A stretch of 64,000 nt of DNA from Amoebidium appalachense (Eukaryota; Protista; Ichthyosporea): positions 3,748,722 to 3,812,721 of the forward strand of contig CAVNZM010000013.1 in the NCBI GenBank assembly GCA_963693365.1, read 5' to 3'. The position numbers were made by a program, and so were the translations under genes. This document shows positions 1-13,732 of the stretch, piece by piece (the stretch's first letter is position 1; each line of letters starts with the position of its first letter). The notes under the pieces are model-generated. The model worked only from the letters and a program-made list of their open reading frames with translations, was not told where the DNA came from and searched no databases.

Positions 1-25
1 CGCAGGGGCGGGGCAGGGGTGGGGG

Positions 26-143
26 TTAGAAAACGTTACAGAGTACGAAGTACACATCTACAGCGAACAACATAATGCAGAGTGCAAGCAACAAACAAGG
101 AGTATGCTGAGCCCATCCTCAGGGTGTGTCCGAGCCATCCACC
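26..143 (-). mobile_element. Diverged subfamily C-like fragment in a UTP14 intron
   Basis: gtacgaagtacac..aatgcagagtgcaa..gagcccatcctcaggg, following a G-rich tract. Confidence 0.65.
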
Positions 144-235
144 GGGGACGGGGGGAAGGGAGGGGAAGGGGGAGGGGGAAGGAGGGGAGGGGGGGAGGGG
201 GGGGGGGGGGGGGGGGGGGAGGGGGGGATATGTAC

Positions 236-701
236 CCGAGCAGGCCGGTTGTGGGCAGGGGTGTGTCCAAGTCGTTTTGGAGTTCCTCGATACGGGCAGC
301 AATGGTGGCCGGGTCATTGTCTTCCTCGACCTCGGAGACTTCATCCTCGCTATCTTCACTGCCCTCATCCTCACTGGTGTCATGTGATGTGTTAGAGGTG
401 TGTGGATCTCACCCCTTTCCGTCATGCATACAGGTGGAGTGTTACAGGGTTAAAAAGGGGTTCCTTTTATATCCGTTTATAGGTCCTTTCGGGTCAGGCC
501 AAAGGGCTGCTTGATGTGCATCTCGCCATCACAAAAGTGCATATCACTTCCGGGTCTAACCCGACCCGGAATAGTAAAAGAAACCCACTTTAATGATTCT
601 AGGCATCTAGACATAGTACCCTAGCTTTTGTCACAACCCCTTGGCCTTAATGTCTTGTGATATGTCGAAGGTACGGGCACCACGTGGTTATGACGGAAGC
701 G

Positions 702-777
<76 letters not shown>

Positions 778-1394
778 CTCACGCACGTATGAGTGTGTGC
801 TCATGCGTTCAAGAGTGCATATATGTGTTCCATTTTATTGTGATGGTGGTGGTGAAAATGGGGAGGGGGGGGGGGGGGGGGGCACGTACTCGTCACTGCC
901 CTTCTCGAGGGTTATCTTCCTCTTCAGCTCCTGGCCGAGACGGAGCTGCTCCGCAAGTGCTGCACGTGACTGTGTGCGTGTGTGCGTGTGCGCGTGTATG
1001 TGTGTGTGTGTGTGTGTGCACCGGTTCAGGATAATGTTAGTGGTTGGAATATTACCACACCCAAATTGCATAAAAGGCATTATAAAGAGTGCTAGGAGGT
1101 GGTCTCTGGTTAGGAGTGTTGCAACAGGGATAGTGGAGCCTCAAAACGTAGCAGCCACAACCCAACATGCTTTTTCATTCAAAGGACAAAATAAAGCAAA
1201 AAATACACGCACACATACACCTGGGGAGGTGGGGAGGTGGGGAGGTGGACAGGTGGGGAGGTAGGGACGTGGGCAGGGGCATGTTCTGCAATGGGGCAAC
1301 CACAAGGAAGACAAGAGAGAATCAAATCAATGGTGCAAGCCTACCAGGAAGGTTAGAATACACAGGCAGAGGTCATTTGTGTGTGTTCTTGTGC

Positions 1395-1473
<79 letters not shown>

Positions 1474-1496
1474 CGCGCGTGCGTGCGCACGCGTGC

Positions 1497-1567
<71 letters not shown>

Positions 1568-2046
1568 GGGGGGAGGCGCACATTTGGGTCGACGTTGCCC
1601 CTCTGTATCAACCTCTGAGCCCACTTTGAGGTGTTCTTGTGTCTTAAAGTCATGCGCTCCTCTGCCCGTTGCCTCTCGGCCTTTTCAAATTCAGCCAATC
1701 CCTCCTCACCGTCCATGATTTGAAGCTGCTCGGGAGTGAGCTGATTGGGTGGTTGGTTAGAAATTAATAATTTTATAAGAAGCGTGTGATGATTGGGTGA
1801 AAGTCACATAGAGGTGTTGGCGAATGGTGAAGCGAAAATGCGACAAGGTGAAAGTTCATTGGGTGGTTGGTTAGAATTTGTGTGATGATTGCATGAAAGT
1901 CACTTCAAAGTGTTGGTGAATGTTGACGGGAATTTGTGATGTGACAAGGCGCACATTCAGTAATGGGAGTCGATGTGTTCTACTAGATAAGGGGGGGGGG
2001 GGGGGGGGGGGGGGGGGAGCGTTGGTGGTAGTTGTGGTGGTGGTGT

Positions 2047-2077
<31 letters not shown>

Positions 2078-2231
2078 GGGGGGGGGGGGAGGGGGGGGGG
2101 GAGGGGGGAGAGGGAAAACACGGCTGTTCATAATCATGTGCTTCGCATACCATATATATTTCTGTAGTACGTGTTCTGGAAATGTCCCTAGGGACATGTT
2201 TGTGGTTGTGTGCTTGTGGTGTGCATATGTG

Positions 2232-2271
<40 letters not shown>

Positions 2272-2716
2272 TCTGTGCGCGCGCGTGCATCCGCTCGTGT
2301 GTGTGTGCGTGCATCCGCTCGTGTGTGTGTGTGTGTGTGTGTGTGTATCCGTGTGTGTGCAAGTGCGTGCACACGTGTGTGTGTGTGTGTGTGCGTGTGT
2401 GTGTGTGTATGTGTGTGTATCCGTGTGTGTGCAAGTGCGTGCACACGTGTGTGTGTTTGCGTGTGCCCGTGCGTGTGGAAGTGTGTGCACATGTATGTGT
2501 GTGTATGCACTGTGTGTGGTGTTCATGGGGGGGAGGGGAGGGAGGGAAGGTGAGTGGGAGGGAGGGAAGGAGTTACCCGCTTCTCTTTGGCCAGCTTTTC
2601 CTTCTTTAGGCGCTTGTGGTAGCTGCAGGGGAGAGCCAATCAGAACATAATGTGGGAGGGGTGCAAACAAACAGAAATATTAAAGTTATTAAGACAGAGT
2701 TGTTAAGAAGACCCCC

Positions 2717-2747
<31 letters not shown>

Positions 2748-3932
2748 AAAAAGTCGAGGGAGTAGATGCAGCCGTAATTGCAGGAGTCAGATCAACAACT
2801 TCCATGGCACGTATCGGGCCTTTCTCATTTCGCCTGAAAACACTCCATAATGTGTCTAATGAATATTCCCCATATTCATTGCACTGAGAATCTGCCGCCG
2901 TCAAGGTAATACCAACCGAAAATTCTCTATAATCTCGTATAAACCCCCAACCCCCCCCCTTTCAAATCGACCGAGCAATATTGATCGAAAATCTGTAGGT
3001 TGCTCTTTGTGCCTGCAAAGCCCAGAGGGGGGCAAGAGGCGGTACAAATACCTGTTGCATTTTTTGGCCTTGGAGATGGGGAAGAGGGGGTAAAAGAGGG
3101 GGTGCAAATACTTCATGCTCTTTATGACTGTGCAGGCCTAGAGGGGGACAAGAGGGGGTGCAAATGCTTTTCTGCACTGTTGGTCCAAGAGGGGGGCAAG
3201 AAGGGGCCCAAATACTTTTTGCTCTTAATCTTGTTTATCCTCTGTCTCTTCTTCTCGTAGTACGTCAGAAGGGCTCTCATCTTGGCTAGCTCCTTGCGTC
3301 TCTCCTTGATCTAATTGGTTAAGAGTCAGCATGGTGCTCCGCCTAGCATCCTCCCCCCCCCCCCCCTCCCCCCTCCCCCCTCCCCCCTCCGTGCACGGGA
3401 ACATACAAAAGACACAAAGAGCCACACGTCCACAACATTCCCCCGTCTTGCTTTGCACAGATATTATAAACTTATTTACTTTTGCTCTATACAATTCTGC
3501 CAGAATTCATGTCTAATTTACCACACAACCCCCCCCCCCCCCCCCCCCCCCCTCAATCCTCCCAACTTCCTTCCCCCCAACCTATAAAACTTTCCACATT
3601 CCTGCCACAACACCACAGAAAACTCCACATGTCCTCCATCCTCCCTCCTCCACCCCCTATCGCTCACGACTCACACCCTTCCTTTCCCCCCTCCCAACCC
3701 CCCCCCCCCCCCCCCCCCCTTACCCACCCACCCACCCACCAACCCACACCCACCCACCCCCCCCCCCCTCTCCTCCTCCCCCCCCCCCCCCTCCCCCCCA
3801 CACACACACACACACCTCCTGATAGTCTATGTCCTTCATCATGAGCTCTTCGCTCTTCCCCAGACCTTTCTCCTCCTCGTTGACACTGGCTGTCAGAATG
3901 CTGCTAACGCTCTTCTCGAGCTCAGTCTCCGG

Positions 3933-3995
<63 letters not shown>

Positions 3996-4035
3996 TGTGT
4001 GCACAAGCGCGTACACGTGTATGTGTGTGTGTACG

Positions 4036-4091
<56 letters not shown>

Positions 4092-4285
4092 TGGGAGTCA
4101 ATGAGCAGTTGAGTGAGTGAGTGAATGAGTGAATGAGTGAGGGTGTGTGTGCGCGCGTGTGCGCGTGCGTGCGTGCATGTGTTCTTGTGGCAAACAGAGG
4201 GGTTGAAAAACGTCAGCTTCGTGCAGGTCAAGTCCATTGGGGAAGGGAGAAATGACGAAAGGCATATGTGCTCTTTGTTGGGGGG

Positions 4286-4322
<37 letters not shown>

Positions 4323-4369
4323 GGGCAGGATGAACGACACAGCATTTTCTAATGTCCAGTCGAACCCCT

Positions 4370-4411
<42 letters not shown>

Positions 4412-4645
4412 AAAAAACACGTTCAAGGCATTCACACAGCACACTAACAATACACACCCACCGACCCACGCAACACACATGCAGTGGTAGGAAAGTAAGG
4501 AAGGGGTAAGGGGGGGAGGGGCAGGGGGGGATTCGAAAATAGAACAATGAACACGTGTGCGAGTGTCAGTGTGTGTGCGCATGCTCGTGTGTCCAATTGT
4601 TGTACCTGCAGTAAGTGCACCCATGTCCACGTACTTGCACAACAT

Positions 4646-4676
<31 letters not shown>

Positions 4677-4684
4677 GCGTGTGC

Positions 4685-4742
<58 letters not shown>

Positions 4743-5165
4743 AGTGCATACGAAAGCATGTGCATCTGTGTATATGCAGCATGCCTACACACATGTGTGT
4801 GTGCAGGTGCATGTGTGTGTGTGCGTGCACGTGTGTGCCCGCACCTTGAACTTGTCAGCCAGACTGCGGTTGGTCTCCACATTGGCCTTAGCCTCGTTGA
4901 GGGGGAAGCTCAGATGCTCAGCCTGAGAAAGGGGGAAGGGGGGGGGGGGGGGGGGGGGGAGAAGGGGGGATCAGCCACTCAGCATGCAAGTACATACACA
5001 CAACACATACACAGAGAGCGAGAGAGAGAGAGAGACACACCGAGAGAGTGTGTTTGTTTAAGTGTGTGTGAGAGAGAAAAAGAGAGAAGAGAGACATACA
5101 AACACATACACGCAAGCATGCGCGCACGCACGCACACACGCACGTGCACGCGCACACACACACAT

Positions 5166-5232
<67 letters not shown>

Positions 5233-5781
5233 CACACGCACGCACACACACACACACACACACGCACGCACACGCACGCACGCACGCACGCACACACGCA
5301 CGCACGCACGCACGCACGCACGCACAAAAAAAAAAAAAAAAAACGCCACACCCACCCACCCACCCACCTCACCCACACAAAGGCACAGACATTTTTCAAG
5401 CATACCACTATTCAACTGACTGAAAAAAGTGCAAAAGACAGAAAAGGAAAAAAAAAAAGAAAAAGAAAAAGGACGAAAAGAACTACCACACCGTGTTTCC
5501 TAAGCACACCGCCCCCCCTACACCATGCCAGTGCCCACCTCTCTGTTGCGTTTAACGAAAGGAAGCCATTGGCTGATCGTCTCTTTAGTTTCGTCATAGG
5601 CTACCGTGCGGTCCATTCGCTCTTTGGCCGGCCGGGACATGGGCAACGGCAGGGACTCACCTGGTTTTACCCCCCCTCCAAGTATGAGCTAATCATAAAA
5701 AAGGGTTTTGGTATTTGCAAGAGACGACATTGTACCCAACTGTGTGAATGTGTGTGTGAGTGTGTGTGAGTGTGAGTGTGT

Positions 5782-5814
<33 letters not shown>

Positions 5815-6006
5815 TTCATACCTATTGTCTCAATCGGCTCACACACCCATCACAAGTCCTTACACAAATGGCTGTCCATGCACATGCAATAACTCCCCCC
5901 CCTCCCCCCCCCCTTTACATGCCCATCCTAATGCCCTTAAGGAAACTCATGATCACGTGTACATGTTCTTAGGCGTGCGCACGTGATTACACATGTCCAC
6001 TCCCCC

Positions 6007-6056
<50 letters not shown>

Positions 6057-6755
6057 ACCCACACACACACATCTTCCACCCCCCTTCATACCCTTCTGCA
6101 GGACTTCCAGCTGTTTCTTCAGACCGCCGAATCCAGTGGTCTCTCTCAGCGACCCGACAAGATCCTCCAATCGAACCTTCTCACGGCCCCCTGCACAGCC
6201 AATCACATGTTAGTTCCTCGTCAAAATCAATGGTTTGTCCCAATTGGTGTCTTGGGATCCTGGGATGTGGGTAATGGAGATAGTAACAGAAAAAGGGTCT
6301 GCAAAAAAAGGTAACAGTGAACTTGCTCCCCTGCCTACTCCAGTCACCCCCTTCTGCGGTACTTTAACCCGGATGCATCCTACGTAGACACGTCCTTGCC
6401 TTTGCGCGCGCACAAACACATAAGCCCATCCCCTGCACCCTGCCCCCCTGCTTCATGCAATTTTGGCCTGACCACACACCGATATACCTCCCCTCCCCTA
6501 ACTCCCTGTCGGCCGTTGCACCAGCCCCCACAACACATCACCCAAACCACCTGCTCCGCCTCCCATGAAACACTTAAGTACACAATCCATCCCTCCCTCC
6601 CTACCCACATTCCCCACCTTCCCTTCCCCTCACCCACCCACTTGCACTCCCCCCTGTCCAGCCAACCCGATCACACACAAATACCCATCCACGCACCCGC
6701 ACATCCGCCCAACCATACACCTACCCACCCACACGCACTCGTGCGCGCGCGCGCG

Positions 6756-6834
<79 letters not shown>

Positions 6835-6915
6835 CCACACAGACACCAACACACCCATCCTTCCACACCCACACACACACACACACACGTACACCCACCC
6901 ACCCCCAACTCCTTT

Positions 6916-6967
<52 letters not shown>

Positions 6968-7190
6968 GCACACACACACGCACGCACGCAATCACACCCA
7001 CACCAACACCTACACACCCACACACCCCACACACACCCACACCCACACCCACACCCACACGCCCAGCCCCCCATACCCCCCCCCCCCCCCCCCCACACAC
7101 ACACAAAAAAAAAACACCCACCCGCACATGCATCCACCACCCACCCCTAATATTAGCCCCCCACACACCCACCTCCACCTTCACCTTCAC

Positions 7191-7246
<56 letters not shown>

Positions 7247-7871
7247 AAACACCTACCCCCCCACCCCCCCACCCCCCCCCCACACCCCCACACACACCCC
7301 TACACCCCCACACACTCCCACACCCACATACCCTGTGTGTTTGCAGCCAGATTAAACTCGCTCTCGGCATAGTGTTCAGTCACTTCCTCCGCCCTACTCC
7401 CTCCCTTCCTCCCAACCATCGATTCCATTGCCCTCAATAACTTCTCGTGCCTCCCCTCGTGCTCCTCATCCTCGATACCATCACCCCCTTTTCTTTTCTT
7501 CTTCTTATTCCGGAGGATATCCTTGTCCTCCGTCTTCTTGCTCGGCAGCAGCATGTCACTCAGGTCCATCATCTCTCCCTCGCTCTCATCATCTTCTCCA
7601 AATTCATCCTCGTCAATATCATTCTCGGATTCCTCCTCCCTCGTTCTTTTCCTCCCTCCTTCCTTTCCCTTACTAGCCTTACTGCTACCCATTCCCCCGA
7701 TATCGCCGTACTTTTCATAGTCTTCGTCGTTAAACACCCCATCCTCGTCAATTTCTTCGTCCTCGAAATCCTCGGGCAATTCATACTCGTAAACGTCAAT
7801 GTCATCATACCTGTCAAGAAAACGCGAGATAAGCAAAACGGTCGACAAGGCAATAAGAAAGGGGAGGAGTC

Positions 7872-7925
<54 letters not shown>

Positions 7926-8851
7926 GGGATAATGGGAATGAGGGTGTGTGGTCGCCGGTGGCGCACGGGGGGGCGGGGGGCTGGGGGAGATGGGGGGGGG
8001 GGGGGGGAGGGGGGAGGGGGGGCAGGTTATTTCTTTTACTATATGATTACTAATTTCTTTATAAATCTCACATTGCCCCGGAACCCCCCAGACACGCGCG
8101 CGCGTCGCGCGCGAAGAGATAGTTACCCAGCACTCGATCTCTCCTTTGTCCCTTGTCTAACAACGACTTAACAAACACGAGCTCCAACCATTGACCTAGA
8201 AAGCATCCCTCGTGCCCCTTCCCCCCCCCTCCCCCCCTTCCCACTCCCCCCCCCCCCCCCTCCCCCAAACACACACACACTCACACATACACATACACAC
8301 CTCTCCCCCTAAGCCTAACCGTATCATTCCCTCCCAGCCTGGTGCTGTACTCACCCGCTTATCATCCCCCACTTGTATACTGCTCCCCCCCCCCCCCCCC
8401 CTCGTCCCCATTCCCCCCGGCGCTCCCCCTCCCTCTCTCCCTCCCGGACATACACGCACACAGCTCAGCCTTCAGCCACCTTGCTAATATCCCTCCCCCC
8501 TCCCTCCCCCCGGGAACCCCCCCCTTCCACCTAAAAAGAAAGTGGCCAGAGAACCCCCCCCCCCCCTCCCTCCACCCCTAACACACACACGCTCATACAC
8601 ACACACGCACACACACACACACACCAAAAAAGAGAGATAAAAGCCCCCCCCATCCCCCCCCCCCCACACACACACCACCACCACCACCACCACCACCCCA
8701 TCCTCATCCCCTCCCCCCCCCTCCCCCCCCCCTCCCCCTGCTACCCCCACTCACCCAACCACCCACACAAACACACACACACAACCACCCCCCCCCCCCA
8801 CACACACACACAAACACAGCCAACCCCCCCCCCCCCCCCCCCCCCCCCCTC

Positions 8852-8882
<31 letters not shown>

Positions 8883-9132
8883 ACCTGCCCATGTTCTTCT
8901 TGTCTCCATCGTCCTGCTCGTCATCGTACACGTTCAGTTTCGACGCCTTCTCCTTCCTCTGTCTGACAGTACCCGCACCCGCGCCAGCACCCCCCCTGCC
9001 TGCCTTCCCTCCCCTCCCACCCTGCTTGCCCGCATTTTTTCCTCGCGGGTCGGGCCGCTTGCCGCCCTTTTTTGGGTCGGCCCGACCCTTTGGCCCACCA
9101 CCACGCGTAGCCACCGTCTTACCCGGGGCCAT
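236..9132 (-). CDS. UTP14: U3 snoRNA-associated protein 14 (SSU processome), spliced, 3' part continues beyond the left edge
   Basis: Phase-consistent GT-AG exons: 9132-8885, 7810-7332, 6190-6092, 5660-5539, 4922-4845, 3932-3816, 3310-3216, 2622-2577, 1740-1582, 969-890, 373-236. The translation carries Utp14 hallmarks: [85 protein letters not shown] and [17 protein letters not shown]. Confidence 0.93.
450..593. mobile_element. Small fold-back element (about 140 bp) bounded by TTAA, MITE-like
   Basis: ttaaaaaggggttccttttatatccg at the left versus cggaatagtaaaagaaacccactttaa at the right form imperfect terminal inverted repeats with TTAA at both ends. Confidence 0.5.
3020..3220. repeat. Four degenerate repeats of about 55-60 bp, each containing a copy of the UTP14 donor region
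   Basis: gagggggg(c/t)aagag..caaat(a/g)c repeated four times; the last overlaps the real donor at 3215. Confidence 0.7.
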
Positions 9133-9263
9133 GGCTTATTGCTGTGCGTGTGTGGCGGGAGGGGGGGGGGGGAGGGGGGGGGGGGAGGACGGGGGGGAGG
9201 ATGGGGGTGGGGTGGGGTAGGGATGTTCGGAGGGAGAGGGAAAGGGATTGAGGGGGGACGGGG

Positions 9264-9301
<38 letters not shown>

Positions 9302-12112
9302 GGGGGGGGGGGGGGGTACGTTAGTACAAGAACACGAAGCTGAAGATGCGGAAGCCGAAAAAACGATATCTGCTGCTACAGACTGGCTTGTGTGTGTATA
9401 GATGCAGACATACATGAATGTGAACGCGGTAGAGATATATGTGTGACTATGGGGACATACTCACGTGCACGTACACTGAAGCACACACACACACACACAC
9501 TACTCGTAACACCCCAAACCTTATTTCAATTGCACACCTCAGAATCTGGGACATATGCAAACATACACAGGGTGCCCTCAATAAGTACGACCAACGCAGA
9601 GCCAGCACAAAGAGGCACCACTTACTGGCGGAAAAGTATTGTACCAAAACCATGCAGGCAGTTTTGCCATACCCCCCCCCCCCTCCCCCCCTTCCCCCCG
9701 CACCCCCACCCCCAACACACACACACACCTCCACCCCACCCTCCTCTCCAACCAACAAAACTCATACACACACCTCTCCTCACCGGTCTCCCCAGCCACC
9801 ACAGCCACAACAGCCACTACTGCAGGCACAGACACAGCCAACCTACCCCCCCCCTCCCCTCCCTTCCCCCCCTCCCCTCCCCGCTGCAAAATCAACCATT
9901 TTGCTAGTTCAGCTGATAAACTGCCCCGATTCAACATCCACGCAGAAGCCCATAAAGAAGCATGTACGAAAACTTTCGGGGTTAGGAGTGATTGAAGTGC
10001 ACGACGCCAGAGCTTTCCTAGGTCAGACAGAAACAACACGTACATGGTGAGAGTGATGGACACATGCAAACAAACAAGATCGCATACACACATGCAGCAA
10101 AAAACTAGTGTATGCAGAAGATGTGCCCACGCACGCCCGCCCGCACGCACGTACGCACGCACGCACGCACGCGCACAGCACCTCAAGCAGGCTAGGTGAT
10201 GGGATCTGTCCGCCCCCTCCCTCACCACACACCCACGGTCAAGTGTATACACAAGTACCTGTATATGAATCGCCGGAACCTGGGAGTAAAAATTGAAGGA
10301 CTTATCGCTGTTCCTTACAACTCCGTAGTGTTCTCATCTACTTCCTCTAGAAAGCTATAGGCACGCATGTGCCATAGATGTATGCCGTGACTGGTGAACT
10401 CACGTTTTCATGACTATGTTGAAACTGAGTCTCGCGCTTTCTCTACTCTAGCGGCCTAGGGATACTCTGGGGAAACTTTTCTGACTAAATATTATGTCCA
10501 ACACAGCTGCACCATGTTCGTATAATGTGCCTGCACGTGCATTTTGTGTGTGCCTGGTCTGTGTGCAGTGCACGTGACACACGATCATTCATGTCCGCCG
10601 GCGCGATGTCAGGCGGCCGCGGTGAGCAGGCGGGCTGGAGGGCTTATCATGATTCGATCACCAAATTTATTTATAGGTCAACAACCATCTAAAGGAGCTA
10701 TACATAGATTTGGCGGGAAGCTTTAGCCAATGGAAAAAGATTGAGAAAAGCTTTATTTGGTAATCGCGCGCTGCCTCAGTGGCACTGACTTCATGTCATA
10801 CGGACCTCTTGTTGTGCAACAAAAATTGCCGAATACATGCTAGCAAACAATATTTTTATTTCGAGATGGGCCTCCATCCTATTTACAATCTACACTCAGA
10901 GAATAAACATGATCACGTACGCCAGCTACTTGACAGTGTACACCGAGACCGAGTACTAAGTACTGGTGCTATTTAGATTGCTGCAAAAATGATCTACCAA
11001 CCATATTCCGTTATCTATGTCATCCCATCCGTTAGCTAATCAAATAGCTCGAAACTTTTGAATTGTGCGAAAGCCGTTTATTATTGGACAGAAGCAAAGC
11101 CCGAATCCGACCAGAATTCTGGGCCAGGCCCGTACAGATTGAATGAGGAAAATCGCACATACACATGCAAAGCATATACTCTTGCACTATAAAAATTCAT
11201 AGGATTTGAATTGCAGTTATATCCACCTGTCTGTATGCAAATGGCTATACAATAGTGTAACAAATACCGCCGAACATGTACAGCAGCTGGTAGGATTTGA
11301 TCAGCCACCGGATCATGTTCCTGCAGTGCCCATTTGCCTGCGGATTTCACACCTAGGGCCGGCATCAGGGAGAAAAACTATTGATATGTTTCTCTATGGT
11401 TGAAAGAGGATATAAAGAACCTATAACTTGCCTGTTTAATGGCTAACCAAAGCTATTTATCGCAGCATTATCGGTTATTATCGGGGTGCTTGCTCGTGCA
11501 TGTGACATCACGAACGGGTTGTGGGATTGGGTGGTAGTAGCCAGAAACGTCTCGAGACTTTTATCGACCCATCGGCCATTACTTTACGGGTACCTACACC
11601 TATATAAGGCCTCGTGGGTGGCCATATCGATAATGGTAGCCTAGGCTTATAGTCTCTTCGACAGCGAACTTGTTATGCATCATAATATTCAGTACTAGCT
11701 TGGTGTGAATCTCGCGAAACTCCGTGCTGGTGACAAAGCTCCTTAATTAGCGCTCATATACTTGTACACTTATGACATTAATGTTTTTCTAAGCTTGCAA
11801 AATGGTAACGAGTATACTATCAGCATACTGTATTGCTTTAGTGTTCATTCGAGTAAATCTACAGTGGGAGATTGGACGGGATATTTCTTCTTTATTTTGT
11901 TGTTTTATTATAGCATTCTGCACAACCCATAGATAGCAACATCATGTCAGTCGTATGTGGCACAGATTTTGAATTTGAATGAATATCAGACACACGCACT
12001 GTGACAAACACTACATATTTACTACGGCCATTTACTACGGTCCGAAGTTGTTTGAACCCTTTCACATGAACTCCGTACTCGACATCTGGGGTGACGTTTG
12101 GAGGCCTCAAAA

Positions 12113-12166
12113 ATGGCTGGGTAAGTACCATGGCTTGACAATTCTTTTCCTTCATCGACTTTCCTT

Positions 12167-12203
<37 letters not shown>

Positions 12204-12265
12204 CCCTCCCCCAATTACCAACCCCCCTCCCCCAAACCCCCCCCCCCCTCCCCCCCCCCCCTATC

Positions 12266-12335
<70 letters not shown>

Positions 12336-12487
12336 ACCACCACCCTCACCACCAACACCCCCACCACCACCACCACCACCACCACCACCACCACTGACAC
12401 CCCAACCAACGGTTACCACCACCACCCCCACCCCCTATCCCGTTTTCGTTCTTGTTTGTTTGTTGGTTTTGTGGTTTTTTTTTTTTT

Positions 12488-12518
<31 letters not shown>

Positions 12519-12641
12519 GGGGGGTAGGAGTTTGAAGGTTCAGGAGGAATTCGGGGGTACTTAGACCCACATTTACGTTATTAATCACCATGGGGGGTGG
12601 AGGTGGCAGGGAGGCCTAGGGTGAGGGGGGGAGGGGTGAGT

Positions 12642-12677
<36 letters not shown>

Positions 12678-13673
12678 CGTGGGCACAAAACTCGCCTTAG
12701 ATTTTATGCCTGGGATTGCCACAATTAAACGTGCAATTTCGGGGGGGTCCATATAGGTGGCAGCTATATTTCACGCTGGCCGTTTTGGTTCTCGAGGTGG
12801 CGGCATTTGCCAGCAACCGCGTCCGATTGGACGTCACGGTGCTTTTGGGGTCCTATGCGCTGGTAATTGCGAAAATTGTCAGCGCAAAAGAAGCGCTGGC
12901 CGGATTTGGGGACACCACCACACTTATGATCACTAGCACGTTTGTGCTGGGTATGGGCATACAAAATTCAGGTGTGGCGGACGAAATTGCAATGGTGCTC
13001 AAGAGGGGAACCCTGGGCAAGCAGTGGCTGTTTATGCTCGAGCTGATGCTGATTTCGGCCGGCCTGTCTGCTTTCATGGTGGGTATTTCCCTGCCACAGC
13101 AACTCGGTCCATCTTGTGCCATTTGCTCCCCCCCCCCCCCCCCCCCCCGGTCCCTCCCAACCCTCCCCCCCCCCCCCCCAAAAAAAAAAAGGGGGCATCA
13201 TTCCTTGCCCTCCCTTTTATTATCACTCGTGTGTTTCAGACTCTTTTGTTTGCTTGAGAAGAGACAATCCCCCCCACCCCCCCCCCCACCCCCACCCCAC
13301 CCCACCGCACCAACTTTTCCCCCTTGCTAGGCATTCTTTCTTGCAATTATTGGAAAGACATTTTCGACCCACGGATCCTGCCTCCCCCCCCCCCCCCCCA
13401 AAAAAAAACAAAAAAAACAAAAACAAAAAACAAACAAGTCATGCTCTTCCCTCCCTCCCACCCCCTCGTCCTCCTCCTCCCTCCTCCTCCTCTCTCTCTC
13501 TCGGGCAAAATGTAACAGTCTTTCTGTCTCTTCCCCTGGGCACTCCGCCCCTTTCCCGTCCAACACAAACAACACTAACGCCCAATAAAAACACACACAG
13601 TATCGACACAAACAAAAACAGGTACACACACACACACACACACATACACACACACACAGATGCGTACACACAG

Positions 13674-13732
<59 letters not shown>

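Noticed and set aside
10290-12110. Repeat-free region between divergent UTP14 and SLC13 genes as a gene or transposon
   Set aside because: Only short ORFs without recognisable motifs and no convincing TIRs; treated as intergenic or promoter DNA.
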